Shown here: piece by piece, positions 1-12,179 of the stretch
How positions within the stretch are numbered: position 1 is the stretch's first letter
How the letters are laid out: each line of letters begins with the position of its first letter
Source of the DNA: Dendrobates tinctorius
Lineage: Eukaryota
DNA: 64,000 nucleotides
Assembly: GCF_039654945.1 (NCBI RefSeq)
Contig: NW_027361869.1
Span: forward strand, 7,936,001 to 8,000,000
Direction of reading: 5' to 3'
Program-made: the position numbers and the translations under genes
The notes under the pieces: model-generated
What the model saw: only the letters and a program-made list of their open reading frames with translations
Told to the model about the DNA's origin: nothing
The model's database searches: none

Positions 1-1987
1 GCAGGGACGAGGTGGTGGCACTGATCATACAGCTTTGCGTGGACAAGGTGGTGGCACTGCTCATATAGCTCTGAGGGGATGATGTGGTGGCACTGATCAA
101 ATAGCTCTGCAGGGATTAGGTGGTGGCAATGATCATACAGCTCTGCAAGGAGTAGGCGGTGGCACTGATCATACAGCTCTGCGGGTACTAGGTGGTGGTA
201 CTGATCATACTGCTCTGTGCTGACCAGGTGGTGGCACTGATTATACAATTCTGCGGCTACAAGGTGGTGGCACTGATCACACAGGTCTGCAGGGAAAAGG
301 TGGTGGCACTGAACATACAGCTCAGCACGGACAAGGTGGTGGCACTGATCAGACAGCTCTACAGGGAGGAGGTTGTGGCACTGAACATACTAGTTTGCAG
401 GGATGAGGTAGTGGCACTGATCATACAGCTCTGCAGGTATGAGGTGGTGTCACTGAAGATACAGCTGTGCAGGGATGAGGTGGTTGCACTGATCATGCAG
501 CTCTGTGGGGAGGAGTTGGTGGCACTGATCATGCAGCTCTGCAAGGACGAGGTGTTGGCACTGATCATACAGCTCTACAGGGATGAGATAGTGGCTCAGA
601 TCATACAGCTCTGCAGGGACGAGGAGGTGGCACTGATCATACACCTCTGCGGGGACAATGTGGTGACACTGATTATACACGTCTGTGGCGACAAGGTGCT
701 GGTACTGATCATACAGCTCTGCAGGGAGGAGGTGGTGGCACTGATCATACAGCTCTGAAGGGAATAGGTGGTGGCACTGATCATAAAGTTCTGCAGTGAC
801 GAGGTGGTGGCACTAATCATACAGCTCAGCAGGGAGGAGGTGGTGGCACTGATCATACAGCTCAGCAGGGAGGAGGTGGTGACACTGATTATACAGCTCT
901 GCAGGGATGAGGTAGTGGCACAGATCCTACAGACCTGCAGGGACAAGGTTGTGGCACTGATCATACAGCTTTGCGGGGACAATGTGGTTGCACTGATTAT
1001 ACATCTCTTTAGGTATAAGTTGGAGGCACTGATCATGCGGTTCTAAAGGGATGAGGTAGTGGCACTGATCATACAGCTCTGCAGGGATGAGGTAGTGGCA
1101 CAGATCATACAGCTCTGCAGGGATGAGGTAGTGGCACAGATCATACAGCTCTGCAGAGAGGAGATGGTGACTCTGATTATACAGCTTTGCAGTGAGGATA
1201 TGGTGGCACTGATCATACAGCTCTGCGGGGACAATTTGATGGCACTGATCATACAGCTCTGCTCGGACAAAGTGTTGGCACTTATGATACAGCTTTGTGG
1301 GGACAAGGTGGTGGCACTGATCATACAGCTCTGCAGTGACGAGTTCGTGGCACTGATTATGCAGTTCTGCAGGGATGAGGTAGTGGCACCGATCATACAG
1401 CTCTGCAGGGATGATTCAGTAGCACAGATCATACAGCCCTGCAGGGATGAAGTGGTGGCACTGATCATACAGCTCTGCAGGGAAAAGTTGGTGACACTGA
1501 TCATACACCTCTGTGGCGACAAGGTGGTGGTACTGATCATACAGCTCTGCAAGGACCAGGTGGTGGCATTGATCATAAAGCTCTGCAGGGATGAGGTGGT
1601 GGCACTGATCATACAGCTCTGCAGAGAGGAGGTGGTGGCACTGATTATACAGCTTTACAGGGAGGAGATGGTGGCACTGATCATACAGCTCTGTGGGGAC
1701 AATTTGATGGCACTGATCATACAGCTCTGCTCGGACAAAGTAGTGGCACTTATGATACAGCTTTGCGGGGACAAGGTGGTGGCACTGAACATATAGCTCA
1801 GCGTGGACAAGGTGGTGGCTCTGATCTTAAAGCTCTATAAGGATTAGGTGGAGGTACTAATCATACAGCTCTGCAGGGAGGAGGTGGTGGCCCTGATCAT
1901 ACAGCTCTGCGGGGACAAGGTGGTGGCACTGATCATGTAGCCCTGAGCGGAGGACGTGGTGGCACTGATCATACAGCTCTGCAAGGA
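1..1987. repeat. 36-bp satellite array (histone 3'-end-like monomer)
   Basis: Tandem 36-nt units GGTGGTGGCACTGATCATACAGCTCTGCAGGGA(T/G)GA with substitutions; gives 12-aa periodic pseudo-ORFs ([12 protein letters not shown]). Confidence 0.97.
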
Positions 1988-2506
1988 AAAAATAACTCGA
2001 AGATGGATGGGAATGAGAAATCCCACAGGATAAAAAAGATGCTACATGAATGATAAAAATAATAACAATGATAATAATAAATGGCACAATTTTTATTTTT
2101 TTAAATAAAGATGCCTTTATTAAAATATTGACAACAATTAAGTGCATTAAAAAAAAATATATATATAGATATATATTAGAGTATACAATCACATTAGCCA
2201 TGTGTTTATGGATAATGGAAAACCAATCCATATCAAAAATTCTTAATTAATGAACCAGGTACAAAAATGCATATATATAGTGACACAAGGATAATTACAT
2301 AAAAAGAAAATAAATATATGTATAATGAATGTGCCCAAAGTGCAGAGGTGCAGCTGTGCAAAAAATTCAAATCGCACTAAGGCGTGTGCAACAAAACACA
2401 AAGTGTAAAATACCTGTAAGCCGATTGACGCTACGTGAGTTGTATAAGAACATGCCCCCACGGGCGTTTCGGAAATAAATCTCCTTCGTCAGGTGGATAG
2501 ATACGC
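1988..2506 (-). mobile_element. Penelope-like element terminal (pLTR-like) fragment with degenerate minimal hammerhead motif
   Basis: AT-rich insert flanked by direct repeat CTGCAAGGA (1979-1987, 2507-2515). Minus strand has CTGACGA-AGGAGA-ttta-TTTCC-GAAACG followed by a T-rich region and AATAAA. Confidence 0.6.
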
Positions 2507-3839
2507 CTGCAAGGAGTAGGCGGTGGCACTGATCATACAGCTCTGCGGGGACTAGGTGGTGGTAATGATCATACAGCTCTGTGCTGACCAACTGGTGGCA
2601 CTGATCATACAGCTTTGCGGTGACAATGTGGTGGCACTGATTATACAGTTCGGCGGCGACAGGGTGGTGACACTGATCATACAGCTCTGCATGGAAAGGT
2701 GGTGGCACTGAACAAACAGCTCTGCAGGGAAAAGGTGGTGGCACTGAACATACAGCTCAGCGCGGACAAGGTGGTGGCACTGATCAGACAGCTCTACAGG
2801 GAGGAGGTGGTGGCACTGAACATACTTGTTTGCCGGGATGAGTTAGTGGCACTGATTATACAGCTCTGCAGTGATAGGTGGTGGCACTGAAGATACAGCT
2901 CTACAGGGATGAGGTGGTTGCACTGATCATAAGGATCTGCAGGGACAAGGTTGTGTCACTGATCTTAAAGCTCTGCAGGGATGAGGTGGTGGCACTGATC
3001 ATACAGTTCTGCAGGGAGGAGGTGGTGGCACTGATCATACAGCTCTGTGTGGATAAGATGGTGGCAATGATCATACAGCTCTGCAGGGAGGAGTTGGTGG
3101 CACTGATCATACAGCTCTGCAAGGATGAGGTGTTGGCACTGATCATACAGCTTTGCGGGGACAATGTGGTTGCACTGATTATATATCTCTTTAGGGATAA
3201 GTTGGAGGCACTGATCATGCGGTTCTGCAGGGAAAAGGTGGTGGCACTGAACATACAGCTCAGCGAGGACAAGGAGGTGGTACTGATCAGACAGCTCTAC
3301 AGGGAGGAGGTGGTGGCACTGAACATACTTGTTTACAGGGATGAGGTAGTAGCACTGATCATACAGCTCTGCAGGGATGAGGTGGTTGCACTGATCATAC
3401 AGCTCTTTGGGAAGGAGGCGGTGGCACTGATCATAAGGCTCTGCAGGGACCAGGTTGTGTCACTGATCTTACAGCTCTGCATGGATGAGGTGGTGGCACT
3501 GATCATACAGTTCTGCAGGGAGGAGGTGGTGGCACTGATCATACAGCTTTGCGGGGACAATGTGGTTGCACTGATTATATATGTCTTTAGGGATAAGTTG
3601 GAGGCACTGATCATGCGGTTCTGCAGGGATGAGGTTGTGGCACTGATCATACTGCTCTGCGGGGACAAGGTGGTGACACTGATCATACACCTCTGCGGCG
3701 ACAAGGTGGTGGTACTGATCATACAGCTCTGCAGGGAGGAGGTGGTGGCACTGATCACACAGCTCTGAAGGGAATAGGTGGTGGCACTGATCATACAGCT
3801 CTGCAGGGAATAGATGGTGGCACTGATCATAGAGTTCTG
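2507..3839. repeat. 36-bp satellite array
   Basis: Same monomer, same orientation. Confidence 0.97.
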
Positions 3840-4089
3840 ATGATATTGGAGACTGCGGACAGACTGTCACTGGCGTTCTGTATTACAGAGGGGTAAGGTC
3901 GGGGGAAGACGTATACAGTTGTGTGTCATCAGCATAAAGATGGTACCGAAAGCCAAATTTGCTGATGGTCTGTCCAATTGGGGCTGTATAGAGCAAGAAG
4001 AGATGGGGGCCAAGGACTGAGCCCTGAGGTACCCAGAAAGCAAGAGGAAGAGGAGATGAAGTGGAGCCAGAGAACAAAACACTGAAGAA
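3840..4089 (-). mobile_element. L2/CR1-type LINE reverse transcriptase internal fragment
   Basis: Translates to [40 protein letters not shown] (PQG and YADD motifs); homologous to but diverged from the L2 RT at 12.9-13.2 kb. Confidence 0.9.
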
Positions 4090-4233
4090 CTCTGCAGAGA
4101 CGAGGTGGTGGCACCGATCATACAGGTCAGCAGGGATGAGGTGGTGGCACTCATTATAGAGCTCTGCAGGGATGAAGTGGTGGCACTGATCATACAGCTC
4201 TGCGGGGAGGAGGAGGTGGCACTGATCATACAG

Positions 4234-4770
<537 letters not shown>

Positions 4771-5567
4771 TGTTGTGAGTTCATTTTCCCCTTCACTACT
4801 GAGGCCCGATGAACTCCCTCTTCTGGTAAAGAAAGGTAGTGAGCCTGATTATCAAACACCTGAGCCTAATGATGATGACTGGCTGAGTGGAGTTACTGAC
4901 TGGATATAAGGCCGCCGACGCCCTTCTGCCCTGCGGGTGATTTCTCTGTGGGATCCTTGGAGACCAGTCTGAATTCCTGCTCTTCTAAAGCTAAGTTTTC
5001 TGCTCGGCTTTTTGCATTTGTGCTTTGACTTTGTTTTGCTTTGTTTTTCTGGATTTCTGCCATTCCCTGCTGGGGTGAGCTGAATTCCTTTAGCTCTGTC
5101 TTCTGAAAATACCTTAGTGCTGATTTAGTTTTTGAAGCCTAGCTGCTTCAGGGTCTTTTTCCATATCAGCTTGTTGGCTTATGTCTTTGATATGGTTTTG
5201 GCAGATTGCAGACAGCAACCTTTCTTTCCTGTTCTGTTTAGTTAGCTTGAGCCCCATTGTTTGCTCAGCCTATCTTTCTATCTGTGTGAGTGTTTTTTCA
5301 TCTTGCGTCACCGTCATTATATGTTGGGGGCTGCCTTTTACTTTGGGGTCTGCTCTGGGGCAGTTTAGATTTCCTTTTCTGTCTTTAGGCTATTTAGCTC
5401 TCCGGCTGTGATTGAGGGGTCTAGGGCACCGTAGGAACCCCCCACGGCTACTGCTAGTTGTGTTGATAGGTTCAGGGGTCTGCAGTCTGATAGTTGCCAA
5501 CTTCTCTGGTTTTCTGGACGTAGCTTCTATTTTTGTGTCTGCCTCCTACGGTGACTCAATCATAACA
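4771..5567 (+). repeat. 5' LTR
   Basis: TGTTGTGAG...CATAACA, TATAA at 4905; direct repeat of 9757-10553 with about 20 substitutions by eye. Confidence 0.96.
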
Positions 5568-5698
5568 GAATCACCCGCCATACCGCAGATCCTAGGGTAC
5601 TCAATAGCAGGAAAGAATTGTAAAAAAAAAAAAAAAAAAGTGTGTATATTTTTTCCTCTATATCTCTGAGGCCGTAGGGGGATTTTTTTTTTCTCTCA

Positions 5699-8227
5699 AT
5701 GGAGATAAAGCAATTGTCTGATCGTGTGGAGCAGCTCGCTGCGGAAGTGCGTGGAATTTCCGCCTACCTTGCTCATTCACATGCTGCTGAACCAAAGATT
5801 CCTACACCTGATGTATTTTTTGGGGATCGGTCTAAATTTTTGAATTTCAAAAATAATTGTAAATTATTTTTTGCCTTGAAGCCTAACTCGTCAGGGAGCT
5901 CCGCGCAGCAGGTTAAAATTGTCATCTCTTTGCTGCGTGGCGATCCCCAGGATTGGGCGTTTTCTTTGAAACCAGATGATCCTTTTCTGACTAATGTGAA
6001 TGCATTTTTTCAAGCCTTGGGGTTGTTGTATGACAAACCTAATGCCATTGATCAGGCTGAAAAGACCCTGCTGGCATTGAACCAGGATCGAGATTCTGCA
6101 GAATTGTACTGTCAAAAATTCCGAAAATGGGCAGTACTTACTACCTGGAATGATAATGTCTTGGCTGCTCTCTTTCGGAAGGGGTTGTCAGAAGCCGTAA
6201 AAGATACTATGGTGGGATTTCCTGTTCCCTCTGGTCTTGACGATTCTATGTCATTAGCTATTCAGGTTGATCGGCGTTTGCGCGAACGCAAAACTGCACG
6301 AGAGGTGTTGCCACCTGTTGAACAAATGTCTGAACCTATGCAATGTGATAGAGTTTTGTCCAGAGAGCAGCGTCAGGAGTTCAGAAGGCGTAATAAGTTG
6401 TGTTTTTTTTTCTGTGGAGATGCCTCGCATGTTATTTCTGTCTGCCCTAAACGAGAGAAACGCTTTGCACACACGTTTTCTGTTGGTAGTGTTCAACCTA
6501 AGTTTCTTCTGGCTATTACTCTGATCTGCTCCCTGTCCACATTTTCCGCCAAGGCTTTTGTGGATTCGGGAGCAGCCCTAAACCTAATGGACTTGGATTT
6601 TGCTAAACGTTGTGGATTTCCGATGACACCTCTGCAGACGCCTATCCCTTTGAGGGGGATTGATGCTACTCCTTTGGCTAAAAATAAACCTCAGTTTTGG
6701 ACCCAGGTGGTAATGCGGGTCGCCCCAGACCATCAAGAAAATTGCAGATTTTTGGTGTTGCATAATCTGCATGATACTATTGTTCTGGGGTTTCCCTGGT
6801 TACAAATTCATAATCCAGTTTTGGATTGGAAATCTGTGTCTATGGTGAGTTGGGGTTGTCGGTGTGCCTTTAGTGAGGCTCCGGTGTTTTCCACCTCTCC
6901 TCAGTCGCATGATGTTCCTGATTATTTGGCGGACTTTTATGATGTATTTAGTGAGAATGAGTCTGCGTCTCTGCCTCCTCATAGGAGTTATGACTGTGCA
7001 ATTGAACTGAGCCCGGGGTGTAAATTTCCCAAGGGTCGGCTCTTCAATTTATCTGTACCCGAGCATGAGGCTATGCGATCCTATATTAAGGAGGCGTTGG
7101 AGAAGGGTCATATTAGACCATCCTCGTCACCCTTAGGTGCCGGTTTTTTTTTTGTAGCCAAAAAGGATGGATCATTAAGACCTTGTATTGATTATCGTGC
7201 CCTCAACAAAATTACTGTTAAATATCAGTATCCGTTACCCCTGATTTCTGATCTATTCTCCAGAGTTAAAGGTGCTTGCTGGTTTACCAAGCTTGACCTC
7301 AGGGGGGCGTATAATCTTATTCGCATTAAGCATGGGGATGAATGGAAGACGGCGTTTAATACTCCGGAGGGACATTTTGAGTACCTGGTGATGCCTTTTG
7401 GGCTCACTAATGCCCCTTCTGTCTTCCAGTGCTTCATGAACGATATTTTCCGAGATTTTGTCGATAAATTTTTGATTATCTATCTGGATGATATTTTGAT
7501 CTTCTCCAAGGACTGGGATTCTCATGTGGAACATATTCGGACTGTGTTCCGGATCTTGAGGGAGAATTCCCTGTATGTCAAAGGATCTAAATGCCTTTTT
7601 GGAGTACAGAGGATTTCTTTTTTGGGATTTATTTTGTCCCCGTCAACTATTGAAATGGACCCGGCCAAGGTACAGGTCATTTACGATTGGGTTCAGCCCA
7701 CTTCTTTGAAGGCCCTCCAGAAGTTTTTGGGTTTTGCTAATTTTTATCGGAAATTTATAGCAAAATTTTCTAGTATTGCCAAGCCATTGACTGATTTGAC
7801 TAAGAAGGGTGCTGATGTGTTAAATTGGTCTCCGGAGGCTGTTTCTTCCTTTCAGGAGCTGAAGCGAAGATTCACCTCCGCCCCGGTTTTGCGGCAACCT
7901 GATGTCTCACTTCCGTTCCAGGTAGAGGTGGATGCTTCTGAGATTGGTGCAGGAGCTGTTTTGTCCCAAAAGGATCCTGTAACATCTAAAATGAATCCCT
8001 GTGCTTTCTTTTCCCGAAAGTTCTCTCCATCTGAACGTAACTATGATGTGGGGAATCGGGAACTGTTGGCCATGAAAGGGGCATTTGAGGAGTGGAGACA
8101 TTGGTTGGAGGGAGCTAAGCATCAAGTCGTGGTCCTCACTGACCACAAGAATTTGATTTACCTAGAGTCGGCTAAGCGCTTGAGCCCTAGACAGGCTAGG
8201 TGGGCTTTGTTTTTTTACACGTTTTGA
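5699..8227 (+). CDS. Gypsy Gag-protease-RT-RNase H polyprotein (frameshifted before integrase)
   Basis: Zinc knuckle CFFFCGDASHVISVC, protease FVDSGA, RT YLDD, RNase H VDAS...ELLA...TDH. Confidence 0.92.
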   Translation: MEIKQLSDRVEQLAAEVRGISAYLAHSHAAEPKIPTPDVFFGDRSKFLNFKNNCKLFFALKPNSSGSSAQQVKIVISLLRGDPQDWAFSLKPDDPFLTNVNAFFQALGLLYDKPNAIDQAEKTLLALNQDRDSAELYCQKFRKWAVLTTWNDNVLAALFRKGLSEAVKDTMVGFPVPSGLDDSMSLAIQVDRRLRERKTAREVLPPVEQMSEPMQCDRVLSREQRQEFRRRNKLCFFFCGDASHVISVCPKREKRFAHTFSVGSVQPKFLLAITLICSLSTFSAKAFVDSGAALNLMDLDFAKRCGFPMTPLQTPIPLRGIDATPLAKNKPQFWTQVVMRVAPDHQENCRFLVLHNLHDTIVLGFPWLQIHNPVLDWKSVSMVSWGCRCAFSEAPVFSTSPQSHDVPDYLADFYDVFSENESASLPPHRSYDCAIELSPGCKFPKGRLFNLSVPEHEAMRSYIKEALEKGHIRPSSSPLGAGFFFVAKKDGSLRPCIDYRALNKITVKYQYPLPLISDLFSRVKGACWFTKLDLRGAYNLIRIKHGDEWKTAFNTPEGHFEYLVMPFGLTNAPSVFQCFMNDIFRDFVDKFLIIYLDDILIFSKDWDSHVEHIRTVFRILRENSLYVKGSKCLFGVQRISFLGFILSPSTIEMDPAKVQVIYDWVQPTSLKALQKFLGFANFYRKFIAKFSSIAKPLTDLTKKGADVLNWSPEAVSSFQELKRRFTSAPVLRQPDVSLPFQVEVDASEIGAGAVLSQKDPVTSKMNPCAFFSRKFSPSERNYDVGNRELLAMKGAFEEWRHWLEGAKHQVVVLTDHKNLIYLESAKRLSPRQARWALFFYTF

Positions 8228-8231
8228 TTTT

Positions 8232-9338
8232 GTGGTTTCTTTTCTTCCTGGAACTAAGAATGTCAAGGCAGACGCCCTCTCTAGGAGCTTCTTTGCTGAT
8301 TCTCCTGTGGTGACCAAGCCTGCTACCATCTTAGGCGAAGGGGTAGTTCTTTCTGCCATCTTGCCCGATTTGAGACGTGCTCTGGAAGAGTTCCAGGAGG
8401 ACAAACCTGAGCGTTGTCCCAGTGGAAAGTTGTATGTTCCTGACCAGTGGAAGAAGAGAGTGATGTCTGAAGTTCATTGCTCTGCTTTGGCTGGTCATCC
8501 AGGTATTTTTTTTACTAGACATCTGGTGAGTCGATCTTTTTGGTGGCCCTCCTTGTCTCGTGATGTCAGGAATTTTGTGCAGTCCTGTGGGACGTGCTCC
8601 CGGTCTAAATCGTGTTCTCGCTCTAGTGGGTTGTTGATGCCTTTGCCTGTCCCCAAGAGGCCATGGACCCATATTTCAATGGATTTCATCTCTGATATGC
8701 CTGTCTCTCAAAGGATGACTGTTATTTGGGTGATTTGTGATAGGTTCTCTAAGATGGTTCATCTTGTACCACTCCCTAAGTTGCCGTCTTCCTCTGAGTT
8801 GGTGCCCCTGTTTTTGCAACAGGTGGTTCGCTTGCAAGGGATTCCTGAGAACATTGTATCTGACAGAGGAGTTCAGTTTGTGTCTAGATTTTGGAGAACT
8901 TTCTGTTCCAAGCTGGGAATTCAGTTGTCCTTCTCCACTGCTTTTCACCATCAGACCAATGGGCAGACAGAGAGAACAAACCAGACCTTTGAGTCATATT
9001 TGAGATGTTTTATTTCTGCTGATCAGGATGATTGGGTTTCATTTTTGCCCTTGGCCAAATTTGCTTTAAATAATGGAGCTAGTTCTGCCACTTTGATGTC
9101 ACCTTTTTTTGTAACTTTGGGTTTCATCCTCGATTTTCTTCAGGGCAGGTGGAGCCCTCTGCCTGCCCAGGTGTTGACACTGTGGTGGAGAGAATGCACC
9201 AGATCTGGGACCAAGTGGTGGATAAGTTATCTCTTTCCCAGGAAAAGGCCCAGCGGTTTTCCAACCGACATAGGACCATTGGTCCCCAGTTTAAGGTTGG
9301 TGATATGGTGTGGTTATCATCAAAAAATATTGCTATGA
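8232..9338 (+). pseudogene. Gypsy integrase segment (frameshifted)
   Basis: H...GHPG...CGTC zinc finger, SMDFI, IVSDRG, GQTERTNQ (DDE core). Confidence 0.9.
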
Positions 9339-9895
9339 AGGTGGCTCCTCCTAAGTTTAAGCCTAGATTTATTGGACCTTACAAGATTTTGGAGATTATT
9401 AATCCGTTCTCTTTTCGTTTGGCTCTTCCTGTCACATTTAAAATCCATAATGTGTTCCATAAATCTTTGTTGAAGAGGTTTGTTGAACCTGTTGTTCCGG
9501 GGGTGGCACCTCCAGACCCTGTATTGGTTGAAGGTAACATGGAATATGAGGTAGAGAAAGTACTGGATTCCCGTCTGGCTAGACGGAGACTCCAGTATTT
9601 GGTTAAGTGGAAGGGTTATGGTCAGGAGGATAATTCCTGGGTCTCTGCCTCTGATATTCATGCCAAAAGATTGGTGCGTGCCTTTCATCGGTCTCACCCG
9701 GATCGCCCTGGTGGCATGGATGAGGGTTCGGTGACCCCTCCTCAAGGGGGAGGTACTGTTGTGAGTTCATTTTCCCCTTCACTACTGAGGCCCGATGAAC
9801 TCCCTCTTCTGGTAAAGAAAGGTAGTGAGCCTGATTATCAAGCACCTGAGCCTAATGATGATGACTGGCTGAGTGGAGTTACTGACTGGATATAA
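9149..9895 (+). pseudogene. Integrase C-terminus: GPY/F motif and chromodomain; reads into the 3' LTR
   Basis: FIGPYKI and YEVEKVLDSRLARRRLQYLVKWKGYGQEDNSWV. Confidence 0.9.
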
Positions 9896-10553
9896 GGCCG
9901 CCGACGCCCTTCTGCCCTGCGGATGAATTCTCTGTGGGATCCTTGGAGACCAGTCTGAATTCCTGCTCTTCTAAAGCTAAGTTTTCTGCTCGGCTTTTTG
10001 CATTTGTGCTTTGACTTTGTTTTGCTTTGTTTTTCTGGATTTCTGCCATTCCCTGCTGGGGTGAGCTGAATTCCTTTAGCTCTGTCTTCTGAAAATAACT
10101 GAGTGCTGATTTAGTTTTTGAAGCCTAGCTGCTTCAGGGTCTTTTTCCATATCAGCTTGTTGGCTTATGTCTTTGATAGGGTTTTGGCAGATTGCAGACA
10201 GCAACCTTTCTTTCCTGTTCTGTTTAGTTAGCTTGGGCCCCATCGTTTGCTCAGCCTATATTTCTATCTGTGTGAGTGTTTTTTCATCTTGCTTCAGCGT
10301 CATTATATGTTGGGGGCTGCCTTTTACTTTGGGGTCTGCTCTGGGGCAGTTTAGATTTCCTTTTCTGTCTTTAGCCTAATTAGCTCTCCGGCTGTGATCG
10401 AGGGGTCTAGGGCACCGTAGGAATCCCCCACGGCTACTGCTAGTTGTGTTGATAGGTTCAGGGGTATTCAATCTGATAGTTGCCAACTTCTCTTTTTTTC
10501 TGGACGTAGCTTCTATTTTTGTGTCTGCCTCCTACGGTGACTCAATCATACCA
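9757..10553 (+). repeat. 3' LTR
   Basis: Direct repeat of 4771-5567, preceded by a polypurine tract. Confidence 0.96.
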
Positions 10554-11812
10554 GTTGGCACTGATCATACAGCTCTGCAGGGAGTAGGTGGTGGCACTGA
10601 TCATACAGCTCTGCGGGGACAAAGTGGTGGCACTTATGTTACAGCTTTGCGGGGACAAGGTGGTGGCACTGATCATACAGCTCTGCAGGGAGGAGTTGGT
10701 GGCACTGAACATACAGCTCAGCGTGGACAAAGTGGTGGCACTGATCTTAAAGCTCTACAAGGATGAGGTGGTGGTACTAATCATACAGCTCTGCAGGGAG
10801 GAGGTGGTGGCACTGATCATACAGCTCTGCGGGGACAAGATGGAGGCACTGATGATAAGGCTCTGCAGGCATGATGTGGTGGCACTGATCGTACAGGTCT
10901 GCAGGGATGAGGTGGTAGCACTCATCATACAGCTTTGCGTGGACAAGGTGGTGGCACTGATCATATAGCTCTGAGGGGATGACGTGGTGGCACTGATCAA
11001 ATAGCTCTGCAGGGATTAGGTGGTGGCACTGATCATACAGCTCTGCAAGGAGTAGGCGGTGGCACTGATTCAACAGCTGTGCGAGGAGTAGGTAGTGGTA
11101 CTGATCATACAGCTCTGTGCTGACCAACTGGTGGCACTGTTCATGCGGTGACAAGGTGGTAGCACTGATTATACAGTTCTGCGGCGACAAGGTGGGGACA
11201 CTGATCATACATGTCTGCAGGGAAAAGGTGGTGGCACTGAACATACAGATCAGCGCGGACAAGGTGGTGGCACTGATCAGACAGCTCTACAGGGAGGAGG
11301 TTGTGGCACTAAACTGGTTTGCAGGGATGAGGTAGTGGCACTGATTATACAGCTCTGCAGTGAGAGGTGGTGGCACTGAAGATACAGCTGTGCAGGGATG
11401 AGGTGGTTGCACTGATCATACAGCTCTGCAGGGAGTAGGCGGTGGCACTGATCATACAGCTCTGCGGGGACTTGGTGGTGGTACTGATCATACAGCTCTG
11501 TGCTGACCAACTGGTGGCACTGATCATACAACTTTGTGGTGACAAGGTGGTGGCACTGATTATACAGTTCTGCGGCTACAAGGTGGTGGCACTGATCATA
11601 CAGGTCTGCAGGGATGAGTTGGTGGCACTGATCATGTAGCCCTGAGGGGATGACGTGGTGGCACTGATCAAATAGCTCTGCAGGGATTAGGTGGTGGCAC
11701 TGATCTTACAGCTTTGCGGGGACAATGTTATGGCACTGATTATATATCTCTTTAGGGATAAGTTGGAGGCACTGATCATGCGGTTCTGCAGGGATGAGGT
11801 TGTGGCACTGAT
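10554..11812. repeat. 36-bp satellite array
   Basis: Same monomer. Confidence 0.97.
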
Positions 11813-12179
11813 AATGATAATAATAATAATAATAATACAAAATTTTATTTTTATAGCGCCGACATATTCCGCAGCACTTTACATTTCAAAGGGGATTTGT
11901 ACAGACAATAGACATTACAGCATAACAGTAATCACATACAGTAGATTATAACAAATACCAAGAGGAAAGAGGGCCCTGCTCGCAAGTTTACAGTCTATGA
12001 GGAAAGAGGTAGACACGAAAGGTGGGTGGTAACAGTTGCCCTGATTGTAGGAACCAGCCATACTGTTAGGTATGTGACAGTACGGACACAGAGGGCTAAT
12101 GGATGCATAAAACATGTGAGAACATGATGCGGGAAAACTGCTTATGGTAAAACTTTTGGCTGTGCCACACGGGGATAGA

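Larger units (their letters stand above)
4771..10553 (+). mobile_element. Full-length Ty3/Gypsy chromovirus LTR retrotransposon (Tf1/Sushi-like)
   Basis: Two 797-bp TG...CA LTRs, TSD GTTGGC (4765-4770, 10554-10559), PPT AAGGGGGAGG before the 3' LTR, gag-PR-RT-RH-IN-chromodomain order. Confidence 0.97.

Noticed and set aside
5568-5590. tRNA primer-binding site for the Gypsy element
   Set aside because: No TGG start; the complementarity is to the element's own LTR
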